DNA of 63,227 bases, the filler included, from Salisapilia sapeloensis CBS 127946 (taxonomy: Eukaryota; Protista; Oomycota): assembly GCA_023334545.1 (NCBI GenBank). It is 9 parts of 9 records of this genome, joined end to end, with 100 filler letters (N's around TTAATTAATTAA, not from the genome) between each part and the next. Parts side by side here need not be neighbours in the genome. Positions count along the whole stretch, not along the records: positions 10,582 to 13,545 come from JAADVB010000805.1; positions 13,646 to 17,250 come from JAADVB010000736.1; positions 17,351 to 30,288 come from JAADVB010000401.1; 6 more parts are not named here. One strand, 5' to 3'. A program made the position numbers and the translations under genes. Shown in pieces: positions 10,683 through 21,484 of the stretch (position 1 is the stretch's first letter; each line of letters opens with the position of its first letter). The notes under the pieces are model-generated. The model had not been told where the DNA came from. It made no database searches and was given only the letters and a program-made list of their open reading frames with translations.

Positions 10683-11450
10683 GAGTTGTACGGGGCAAAA
10701 GTTGGAATGAGGTAAATAGTAGCTGTACGAGATTAAGATTTTATCGTTGACGGTTCTACTTAGCTGCTATTTTATGTACCCATAGATGTTGACATCATGT
10801 CAGACGCAGTTGGATATCCACTGGATAGTCCTTCCAGCAGGAAAAAAACTTCGTGCTATCTGTGCATAAACGAGGGTGCAAAAGTCAATAGCGGCGCTGA
10901 CTTCGGTAGGTCTCTGCTTATGCCACAATACAAATTTTTCAAATCATCGGTTATCATTGGTGTCAGAAGAATATCACTTGAATTTTTACACAGGTAGACA
11001 TGATTTTGCGGGGAGATCGAAGTGCAAACGTCGATTATACTTTAAGACGAAGTTTCCATTCACATAAAGTTTTAATGCTAAAAACTAATAGTATATGATG
11101 GTTTCTTTAGCTACGTTGTGATAGTTAATCGAACATAGTTGGCCGACAAACCTTGCCCTAGTAATTGTATCGCGACTAGCGAGTTCTTGAAGTTGCTTGC
11201 GAGTTATCACTCCGCACGGTTGAACATTTCAAAGACAACACAAAGAGATTCTTCTCTCTTTGTAGGATTTGGAGTACCCTGTCTCGGGGCCTAGATTGCC
11301 TACTGCTTACTTGGAATTCTTCTTCATCTCTTTGTTAATGTTTGCTGTTTTGCAAAGGATTAAAAGTATATTGAGCAAGCTTATCTTCATGGACGGCGTC
11401 CTCTTGTTGTACATACCGTAATAGAAATATAAACAACTTCGGTGGTATGC

Positions 11451-12014
11451 TCATGCACGTGGAGGGGTCCGAAAGTTAACGGGACTGATGTTGTACGGTA
11501 CAATTTGAATCGTGGCTACCGTCATGGGACTTAGCGGCGCCATGTACGCTGCGCGGTCTCGATTATTTCTTCTGTATTGACGAAGTCGGTATACGATCGC
11601 GGCAATGCATAAAGCGATTGATACAATCAAGGCCAGACCAGTCACAAGATACTTCCACCAGGAGCCAGTATGGCTAGTATCATCGTTGCGAGTTTTCGAG
11701 CGACTACTATCGTGAGTGCATCGACATTCACCGCTCCTTGACTCGCAAATGGTGTCCATTGGACAGCAGCATGGACGAGTAGTTCCTTGCTTGTCGACCC
11801 AATCATAGCAATATTGACCCGGTTCATCATTGTATGATTCAGAGCAATCACCAGCGTTCGCACAGATTTGGCATTGGGATTGTCCAGAGGAAGAGGAAGA
11901 CAAGTTCGAAGCGACGGATCCATCCTGTCCAAGGCTGACTTCAGAGTCGCTTGAGTTTCTTGCTGCGACCAAAGCAGAGAGGAACGCGAAAAATAGGATG
12001 GCTAAACCCCTCAT
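11451..12014 (-). CDS. Secreted/type I membrane protein with a Cys-rich CCCP ectodomain
   Basis: 187 aa from the ATG at 12014. It has a signal peptide, the motif CxxCxxxGxC...GQYCYDW...CCCPxxxxC...CxC, one TM segment and a basic cytoplasmic tail. Confidence 0.8.
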   Translation of the reverse strand: MRGLAILFFAFLSALVAARNSSDSEVSLGQDGSVASNLSSSSSGQSQCQICANAGDCSESYNDEPGQYCYDWVDKQGTTRPCCCPMDTICESRSGECRCTHDSSRSKTRNDDTSHTGSWWKYLVTGLALIVSIALCIAAIVYRLRQYRRNNRDRAAYMAPLSPMTVATIQIVPYNISPVNFRTPPRA

Positions 12015-12972
12015 GTGTTGTACGAAGCAAATGCTATAATGAAGTAGGTGATAGCTATATTTGAATGATATTCTCAGCACGCAAATCTAAGGAGATAGAG
12101 TATGTGTACCTATACCATTTCGTGTACCCATCTTTTTGACTACGTGTCCGACGGGAATAAATACTTCCGTAGAGATCACTATTTGGGGGAAAGTGATGTA
12201 CATTGATTTCAAGTTACAAGAGATCACTACCTATCTCATGGGAAACTTTCAGCTAGCATTGACATCGAAAGAATATGACTCGACAGTTCGTGTTAATAGG
12301 TTTGCTTTCCGTGGGAAAGAAGCGTGCAAGCGCCTATTTAGCATATCAACGGAAAAGTATTCTTTCTAGCGAGTTACCTATCTCACCATACTAAGAAATA
12401 GATCCTTTCCAGGTCTGCTCTTGCTTTCTGTCCCATCGGACGGTCGCACACGATGCTTCTTCAAGCTGCTTTAATGTGCAATCGAACATGGTTGACCTAC
12501 AAACCTTGTTTTAGCAATTTGATCACGACCAGCGAATTTTCCAAGTTGTTTCTCAATTACATTATAAGCGCTAGGAGCCTTCTATCGCAACACAAATAGC
12601 TTTCCCAGTCTCATTGCATGGCTTAAGAAACCTGTCCTATAAGCTGGATGGCGACGTCTTTACTGGATATTCCGTCTGGTCTAGCAGTTGGTGCTGGAGC
12701 AGTGACGCTCCAATTTGAATTGTATTAGATGTGAACGCTTGAACTAATCCGATTAAAAGTCTTTAAGACGGAACGAACATTATTAAAGGCAAATTTTCTT
12801 AATTTCCTAGTACTGACAATCTCTCACTATCTGTAATATCTGACTCATAGCGAACTACTAGAAAAAATCTCTTTGTTTGCTCTTTATCATATATACATGA
12901 CTAAAAGTTGCCACCATTTTCACCAGCAATAATAGCCCCAGAGCCCATACCATCGCCACATCCATTCTCGTA

Positions 12973-13545
12973 CTACACAGTGTGTACGTAACCTGGCTGG
13001 CGAGATACAAATTGTTGAGGGTAGTCGCCTGGCTGGTTATAAGCACCTTGTGGAGGGTAGTGAGGGTAGTCGCCTGGCTGGTTATAAGCACCTTGTGGAG
13101 GATAGTAATCTGGTTGACAATAGGCGCCTGCAATCGGAGTTCCGCTCTGATCCACCGGCTGTGCCATATAAGGTGCATCTTGCTCAGTGTTTTGTTCACG
13201 ACGGCGCTTTTGCAGTCTTCGCACGATCATGCACCCGCCAATGCAACTAGCGATGGAGAAGATGACACCAACGATTATCAAAATGATAGCGACAGTGCTA
13301 ATCGTATGATACATTTTTTCGGGATCGTCTAGAAAGTTACCATGATCATCCAATTTTAAGTAATCATTGTCATCGAAGTTCGTGAGCTGGACCCCGTTGT
13401 ATGAGCACAGGCATTCATCGGTTGAAGGCTTGCACACCGCATCCGTTGGACAGCAGCATGGACGACTAGTTCCTAGATTGTCGACCCAATCATAGCAATA
13501 TTGACCACGTCCGCCTTTGTACGCTTTAGAGCAGTTGCCACCGTC
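12973..13545 (-). CDS. Paralog of the Cys-rich CCCP membrane protein with a P/Q/Y/G-rich tail (5'-truncated)
   Basis: The frame is open from the contig end: DGGNCSKAYKGGRGQYCYDWVDNLGTSRPCCCPTDAVCKPSTDECLC, then a TM segment (TVAIILIIVGVIFSIASCIGGCMIV). Confidence 0.8.
   Translation of the reverse strand, partial: DGGNCSKAYKGGRGQYCYDWVDNLGTSRPCCCPTDAVCKPSTDECLCSYNGVQLTNFDDNDYLKLDDHGNFLDDPEKMYHTISTVAIILIIVGVIFSIASCIGGCMIVRRLQKRRREQNTEQDAPYMAQPVDQSGTPIAGAYCQPDYYPPQGAYNQPGDYPHYPPQGAYNQPGDYPQQFVSRQPGYVHTV
13017..13106. repeat. 45-bp tandem duplication inside the CDS (encodes YPPQGAYNQPGDYP twice)
   Basis: Units 13017..13061 and 13062..13106 differ at one base. Confidence 0.9.
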
Positions 13546-13645
13546 NNNNNNNNNNNNNNNNNNNNNNNNNNNNNNNNNNNNNNNNNNNNTTAATTAATTA
13601 ANNNNNNNNNNNNNNNNNNNNNNNNNNNNNNNNNNNNNNNNNNNN
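13546..13645. other. Artificial contig spacer
   Basis: 44 N + TTAATTAATTAA + 44 N. Confidence 0.98.
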
Positions 13646-16600
13646 AAGAGCCGGCCGCACAGCGTGTTGTCTCCGATGAGGAAGCAGAGTATGCACGACC
13701 GCTGGTCTGTCTCCACGACCAGAGGCTCGGCGCGGTTCAGACGCAGGTGAGGAGGGAGCACATCCTGCTCCGTTGCTGCCTGGCTGATCTCGCGCTTTCC
13801 CTCGGAGGTTTTCCCCTCTTCCTTCGCTCGCTGCTCCTGCTTCTGACGCACGCGCTGCTCGTACTGCTCGCAGATAATCCGCACCTCCTCCTCTAGATTC
13901 TCCGCGCCGCCCTTGGCAAGCGATGTAGCGACGCCTTCCGGAAGCGGTTTCCGGTTGAGCTCGGCTAGATGCAGCACCGCCGGCGACAGTCTGTTCCGAG
14001 CGCCGTCCATCAGCTCCTGACACACGAGAAAGCAGGCGCAGTTCGTCGCCTCCATGACCATCGTACCGACACTGCTCTTGTCGCGAACGCTCATGCCGAC
14101 GCTCGAGTAGAACTGGCTCTCCTTACGACGCTGGCGACGGAGGAAGGCCCGCGGTCCCTTGCAGTACCGCTTAAAGCGCAGGTATCTCGTGGCCTTGGCC
14201 AGCAGCTCGTCCGAGACTTTGAGACTCGTCAGTCGTTGCCGCCACTGAGACCGCATACCGGCGCAGTTGAGCGCCATGAGCTTCAGTCGCTCTTCTCCGA
14301 GACGCAGCACGTACAGGTAGACGGGGACGTACTGCCGCCAGACGTCGTACTGTCGGTTCTGCGCCACCTGCGACTGGATCTCCCGCCATTTGCCCCTGCT
14401 CTGCGATCGGATGGACTGGATCCTGGTCGTCAGCAGCGCCAGCTTCCATGTCTCCTGGCTGCTCTCCTGCTCTGTCGCGACGCCGCCGTCCGCACCTGCT
14501 AGCAAGTAGCTCCGCTCCTGCGGTCTACACGAGGCGCAAATGTACAGCGCGTCCGAGTCCGAGACGAGCTTCTCGTACGTGCTGTGGTCGTTCACGAGCA
14601 GCGAGTCGCACGCCGGGTGGATCCAGCGCTCGCACGCGTCGCACTGCATGAGCTCGGACGAGCCGACGTCCCACTTCTGGTCGCACAGAGGGCACTTGTC
14701 CATGCCCTGCCGCTGCTTCCGGCTGTCTGCATTCCATATCTGCACGAGCTCCTTGTTACCCTTCTTGCTGCCTCCGAGCACGTTGGAGTCCGTTAAAGCA
14801 GCCTTGCTGCACGCTAGACACAGGCTCTTGTCGTAGCTGTAGTCCCGGAGGCCCAATCGACGGTGGCACTTCCGACACGAACCGACGCACCGGGAGCAGT
14901 GCAACACCGTCTGCTCCGCCATGAGCCTGGCCGTCTCGCCGAGCTTCTTCTGGAAGTTCTCGTTCTCCTGGAGCTCCAACTTGGTCGACGACAGCTCCAA
15001 GGACGGACTGAGGCACGAGCCGTGAAAGCCCCGGAAGCAGCTATGGCAGTCGTAGAAGCCGTCGCCGAGACTGCGCAGCGCCTCTTCCGTGCCGGATTCG
15101 CTGCAGACTTCGCACAACTTGCAGTTGGGGCAGCGCCAGAACCCGTGGTCCACGGTCGCCAGCTTCTCCGCCGTCATGCCAGGGAGGCAGAACCAGTGGA
15201 AGGCCTCGGCACAATCGACGCAGAAGAGTAGCTGGTCTGACAGACCGGCACTGCCGCACTTGAGACACAGGTCCAGTGAGCTGTTCAGGTGGCTCTCCTC
15301 TCGCGACTGCTGCACCTCATACAGCTCCACCTTGGATGTCAGGCCTTTGGACTCGGGCAAGGACGTCTGTAGCGTCGGCAGAGGCACGCTCCGCATCGGC
15401 TGCTCGGCCTTTGACGGTGTTGGGGGAGCTGCTGTCGACTCCTTTGGACGATTCTCCTTCGTTGCCTTTGAGGAAGGTTGCTCTCCGTTCATCTCCACCA
15501 ACTCTTCCTTCTGAGCCTCCTCCACACTCGACTGTTTTCCGTCATCCCCCTCCTCGCGACCCTCCTGCGCCTTCCCATCCATCCTCGCCACAGTCGTGCT
15601 GTCTCCAGCGCCGCCAATGTCCACCGACTGCTTTCCAATGAGAGAGTTGTTGGGCAGCTGCCGCTTCGCCGCCGTCACCAGTTGGTCGTAAAACTTGCCG
15701 CCCCGCTGCTTCATGTTCGTCTTCGGGCACGACTGCCGCAGGATCTTCTGGCCTTGGCCGTAGAAGCGCCAGGCCTCCCGCCAGATCAAAAAGTCCCTCT
15801 CTCTCGAGTTGAACGTCACAGCGTTGAGACACAGGAGCTCAAAGTCGTCTCGAAAGTCCCGGAACGACGCCAGGCCGTACTCCCTCCGCATCGCCTTCCG
15901 CTGCATCGTCGACAGGTCCATCGGCTGCTTGATCACGTCAAAGTACGTCGGCGCGATCTGTTCCGTCACGGGATCCTTGAACAAGTCCATCTTGTCCTCC
16001 TGCAACAATCTCGACAGGGTCCGGAGGATGCGCAGACTACGGCACGTCGGACACTCGTAGTCCTGCCATGTGCTGTAGTCGTAGTCCTCGTCGAAGCGCA
16101 GATCCATCGCGAACGCCTCGTCCTTCTTCCGCTGCTTCCCCTCCTTCAGCGACGCATCCGAAGAGGCAGAGGTAGAAGCTTCTGTCGTCACGGACGTTCC
16201 CTGCGTGGCTGGCTCGGTCGAGAACGGCAGCTGGAAAGATCGGTCAAGTCGACTTGGATGGAAAGAGAGACTCGGGTCCGGCTCGCACTCGGCGTGGGTC
16301 CACAGGTGGCAGTTGGAGCACCCGAGTAGACGCAGCCCCGCACTAAACATCTCTTCTTCGCTCAGTGCAAAGTAGCATACGGAGCAGAACACGCCGCCTT
16401 CGTACTTTGGCAGACATGACGAGCACACAGACACAGCGGACAGAGGCAGTCGCCAGCGGCCGAACGCTCCACCCGACTCGGAAGAGCGGCAGCCGGCACA
16501 GACAGTGCACTCGCTGCACACGAACGAGCTGCTCTTGTCTTCGTACAGTACCTGGTTCTCGTCGTCCAGCACCTGGAAGAAGTCCAACGGAGGGTCTGAG

Positions 16601-17250
16601 CAGCTCTGATGGAACGCCTTACAGCAGTTTTCACACTGTACCATCGACGCGTCGCCCTCGTCCATGACATCAACCGTCGGTCTGCATGGCAGCCCACATG
16701 CATCGCACGAAGGCTTGTTCGAGAGAGTCGAGAGCACCGCGTCGGGCAACTTGCCGGCGGTAATCGACTCGTCCGCAAGCGAGAAGCACACGCGGGTGGC
16801 TGCGTCCGCAAAGTCCACAAAAGTCCACTCGCTCAAGTTCGCCGAGACGTCGATCTCATCCGAAGCAGTCGGAGGACCCTCGTCATTGATAAGAGAGAGC
16901 ACATGCTGTCCTTTGTCTTCCTGATAACTCTTTACCACAGCCTTCCTGTCGTCTCGATGCAGTCGGACCTGTATCCCGACGACCGCTCTGTTCAGTCGGG
17001 CTACCACGTCCTCTTGCTCCACCCGTCCACGCAGCGTCTGCATTGTCAGTTCCTTGACCTGGTCACGCGCCTGTCGTTCTCCCTCGGCGATCTCGTCTAC
17101 ATCTAAAGCCTGACACATGTACTTTGGCAGCCACCATAAACAGTTCCCCACTTCTCCTTCCTTCCCACCGACGGCTCGACAAGACGCGAACACGTGAACG
17201 AGTCGGAAGTGGCGACTGGCATTCACCTCCTTCTCCACCTGCGACCCGAA
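13646..17250 (-). CDS. Trithorax/MLL (KMT2)-like chromatin protein, internal fragment: multiple PHD fingers, bromodomain, start of extended PHD
   Basis: The frame is open across the whole contig. It has several C4HC3 fingers (e.g. CLKCGSAG..LLFCVDCAEAFHWFC; CPLC..MQCDACERWIHPAC), a bromodomain (YFDVIKQPMDLSTM..LCLNAVTFN) and ends in DQRSCILCFLIGDNTLCGRL, like the MLL ePHD start. The SET domain is not in the window. Confidence 0.8.
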
Positions 17251-17350
17251 NNNNNNNNNNNNNNNNNNNNNNNNNNNNNNNNNNNNNNNNNNNNTTAATT
17301 AATTAANNNNNNNNNNNNNNNNNNNNNNNNNNNNNNNNNNNNNNNNNNNN
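17251..17350. other. Artificial contig spacer
   Basis: 44 N + TTAATTAATTAA + 44 N. Confidence 0.98.
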
Positions 17351-17425
17351 GTCCTCCGCCGCCGCCAAGGACACTAGCACCGCCGTGCAGGCCACGACGA
17401 AAGCCACAGCTCGTCGCATGCTCAT
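17351..17425 (-). CDS. 5' fragment (signal peptide) of a secreted protein
   Basis: The ATG at 17425 gives MSMRRAVAFVVACTAVLVSLAAAED (basic n-region, hydrophobic core, AAA cleavage site) and runs into the spacer. Confidence 0.6.
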
Positions 17426-17834
17426 TCCTATTCTTTCCTTCTTCTCCGATTGAAGATACTAAATGCACGTGATTGGCTTGAATGAGTAATTGCCATGTGG
17501 TGTCAACGGTAACTTGGGATGTGAAGGTTTCGATGGTGCCATGACTGATTGAAGACACTGATCTGGGGCGGTTTCGAGAGAATAGCTTTAATTACCTCTC
17601 GTCCTATTGATTATCGTGGTCGTGTGACTAAAAATAAAATGACGGTTTACTCGTTCTTTTCAAGTGCGTTGATCAATCTCTATCGCTGTTTGCTGAACAG
17701 GACAGCGAGGTCAAGCTAAGGCCAGGCGAGCTTCGTGAGCTCGATCTGTCATAATAAAACTGAACGAGATAGCCTCAGAAGCTAGAAGTTTCGAGTGCGA
17801 ATTGCGTTGTAGGCTAGAGTAAGCGCATAAAATT

Positions 17835-19890
17835 ATGGGTGCCGGAGCTTCAACAGAGAAAAGTACCTTGTCCAAGATGCAAGGACGATCGCGGCTCGTG
17901 ACCAACTTGCTTAACTTTAGCAATAAAACAAACCCCGCTCCTCTTGTCGCTGCAAACACACAGTGGAAAATCACTACGCAATACGCTGGGACTGGAGATG
18001 GGAGCGAAATTGCGACAGTAGAACAAGAGTTGTTAGCGGTGTTGATGGACCCAGTCGGTCAAAAGCATATTGGTGCTTTTGCAAAGAAGATCATGACGTC
18101 CGAAACTTTCTTTTGCTGGGTCGAGATCAAGGAATTTGAGGAAGCTCCATCGTCCAGCTATCGGCGGTCCTTGGCGAAGCTCATCTACAAGAAGTACATC
18201 AAGGCTGGTTCTCCAATGGCTCTCGGAAGTATTAATTCCGATCTAATTGCCCATTATGATGTATGTGCTGTACTTTAGTGACGATACCTGGAATGCCTAT
18301 CATCTTATTATCCATGCGAATAGCGTAAAATCCAGGAGACGAGCCCTTCGTCAGTCCATGTGCCAACAGACTTCTTTGACGAGCTCTTGTCGAATATCAT
18401 GACAGACATGTGCCAGAACACATATATGCGCTTTAAATCATCTACAGATTACGCCGTGTATAAAAAGGAGCTCAAGGATACGTACAATAAGGTTACTGCC
18501 GACGACTTTGAGTACCTGGAACTCCTTGGTAGTGGCGGCTTCGGCCGTGTGGCCCACGTCCGAAAGAGATCCACCGGCAAGCACTACGGTAATCTGTGTA
18601 CACTTTCTTGCAGTGATTTTAATCTAGCTCACGTTTGATGTGAATAGCCATGAAGATCCAGCTCAAGTCTGGGTTACTGGAAGAGCACCATGACCAGCTC
18701 AGCCAGATCACATCTGAAAAGGATATACTCCAGATCTGTCATAACCCATTCATTCTGGATATGCATTATAGCTTCCAGACGCCAGCACATGCCATTATTG
18801 TCACAGAGCTCGTTCGAGGAGGTGATCTGAATGAAGCGCTTCGGTCATCGCGTGACGGATGTCTATGCGAAGATAGTGTGAGGTTGTACGCCGCTGAGAT
18901 CGGTCTCGCGCTGAATCACATGCACGAGCTCGGCCTTATTTATCGAGATCTGAAGCCTTGTAATGTTTTGCTTGGGGAAGATGGTCATATCATTTTGGCA
19001 GATATGGGTTTAGCAGCTGGATACGACCCTACATGCCTAAAGCGGGATGAGCATGGCATTCAGCACTATATTCCAAAGGAAACCAAGTCGGGTCGGCGCA
19101 AGACGACTGTCGGCACAAGAGGGTATATGGCACCAGAAATTATCGCCGGCAAGTTGGTGAAGCGAGACCAGCGGCCTGGATATACATTTGCGGTGGACTT
19201 TTGGTCACTTGGAGTCACTATCTTTGAGCTGTTGGTTGGATTTCAGCCATTTTTGCCACACTCCCTTGGCAACTTTTTCCAGGAAGTGGCAAATGAAGAG
19301 ATTTTCCGTCTATCGCCTCGTACGCAGCACAAGATCGAATTGCAAAAAATGACACAAGGAGTGACGTTTCCGTCCCACGTATCCAAGATAGCACAGGACT
19401 TTATACAGCGATTGCTGGAAGTGAATCCGGAGAAACGACTTGGTTGCAACAGTGAAAACGGATTCCAGGAGTTCATGGAGCACCCGTTTCTCGCAGCAAT
19501 TGACTGGGAGAAACTGATGATGAAGCACCTCGATCCTAAATCTAAACCGAATCTGCCTTTACTCACAGACAAGAAGATTTACAACTCGTATGAGCACATG
19601 ATGTCCCACTTTGACATTCGTGACAAAGACTTCGTCCGATGTACGTATCTTGCTATGATATACTGAAGAATTCATGTGGATTGAATGGCGTGATAGATGA
19701 CTGGTATGCGGTTCCTGCGCCCGAGCTCGAAAAACACTTTGATACTTGGGACTACATCTCTCAGCATACCCTTCGAGCCGAATTGGGCATAGCGAAAGAG
19801 TTGGACGAGACAAACATCCCATACAAAGTGCTGCAATTGACAGGAGAAGAAGCACGACGCAAGTCGAAGAGCGCGAGCAAGCTCACGTAG
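17835..19890 (+). CDS. G-protein-coupled receptor kinase-like protein (RGS domain + AGC kinase), 4 exons
   Basis: Exons 17835-18260, 18324-18588, 18648-19640 and 19697-19890, with GT-AG introns in consistent phase (first acceptor could also be 18335). RGS-like helices precede GSGGFG, AMK, YRDLKP, ADMGLA (DLG-type rather than DFG, as in GRKs), VGTRGYMAPE and RLGC. Confidence 0.85.
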
Positions 19891-20383
19891 AAAGCAGCAT
19901 AAATGCAAGATGTATAGATTTCAAATAAAGTTTCTTTATTAAGCAGACCCTCAGAGTGGAATTAGGTTATCTATGGAAGATTTCTCCTCATCTTTGTCAG
20001 TGTGGTGGTACAAGTTATCATCATTGGGCATGGTATTAGTGAAGGAGCTAGCTACAGACAAGTGCGAGGGCGTTCCTGTCAGGAAAAAATTAGAGTTAAT
20101 TTCGAGCGTCATCGAGTGAGCGCTTGCGACGCCACGCTCTGCTACGAAGCTGTAAGATTTTCATCCTCAGAACGCCAGTCAACGCTCTCGCTACTACGTC
20201 TCCAAGTCGAAAATGATCGATAGCTCGAGCTTTTCTTATTCTTATCACGATTTGTGTCCAACCATTTTGTATGGGAAATTGTATGAGGCAGTGGTGATCT
20301 TCTACCGTCGCTATCTTTGGCAGCCCTGATAAGGCCTTCAAGCGCTCTTACGCTCGCTGAAGACTATCGGGAGGTAAAATGTA

Positions 20384-21420
20384 ATGGGGATCTTCTATGC
20401 ATTACCATCAGCCCAGCGGGACGCTTTTCAACGAGCATACAGCTCCAACCCGGAGCTCGTGAAGCGACTAAATTCTGTTGGCATCGGAAGGTCGAACTTG
20501 TATGCCATCCACCGCGTTTTCGTCGCGATGGATACTGACAGTTCCGGAGAAATCAGCCTTGTGGAATTTTTTGATTACGTCGGTGAGTATTCTAGCTGAG
20601 GATGCATGCAGGTATAGAAAAGTTGACTTTTTGCTCTGAATTAGATATTAAAATGAATCGATTTACGAAGAAAGCTTTCAGCGTCATGGATACCGATGGG
20701 AGTGGCGAGATAGACTTTATCGAGTTCGTATTGGCATTATGGAACTATTGCTCATTCACCCATCCAGCACTCGTTCGCTTCGCTTTTGACTTGTACGACC
20801 TTGATGGGAGTGGCAGTATCGATCGCAGTGAAGCTGGTTGCTGCATTCGGGAAATCTGGGGCAGCTCTTGGGAGACGAGTTCATCGGCGAAAAAAGTACA
20901 TTCAAAGCTGGAGATGCTCATTGACAATTCCACTAGCGGGACGATTTCAGCGCCAGCTTTCCAAGAGTTTGTCGTCCGGCATCCGATACTCCTTTTCCCA
21001 GCTTTCCAACTACAGTATGAGCTACAACAGCGAATTCTCGGTCATCGATATTGGCGAAGAGTAGCCAAGAAGCGAGGCAAATGGAGTCCACAGCAGCTAT
21101 TAAAGGGTCAAGTCGCCAAAATCCTGTCGCCGTCGGCACCAGATGAGCCGCCCATGCCACAGTTTTCCAGACAAGCGAGCGAACTTTTTTTGACCGCTTG
21201 CGAGGATGAGCTACATTTCCAGCCAAAGACTTCAACCGGTAAGAAGAGAGGGTCAAGAACAGGATCGAACGAGCGTGTTGTCATGGATATAAACGAAGAG
21301 ACTCCGACATTAGTTGTTCCATTGACAAGGACGCCATCGACCGGAGTCAAGAAGCATACGAAGGCGCAACGAGCGAGCACGAGGACTCTAGCACACGATC
21401 TCGAAATAGAGGACATGTAA
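20384..21420 (+). CDS. EF-hand calcium-binding protein (calcineurin B/NCS-like), 2 exons
   Basis: Exons 20384-20582 and 20645-21420. EF loops are DTDSSGEISLVE, DTDGSGEIDFIE and DLDGSGSIDRSE, plus a degenerate fourth, followed by a low-complexity basic tail. Confidence 0.8.
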
Positions 21421-21484
21421 TATACAATTCGCATGATCTACAATTTCTTTATTCAAGTTGGAGGACGGATCAGTCGCCACCACG

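Noticed and set aside
15478-16329. Long plus-strand ORFs opposite the trithorax-like gene (and similar ones opposite PMR1 and TOM40)
   Set aside because: Antisense shadows of GC-rich coding sequence with no independent motifs.
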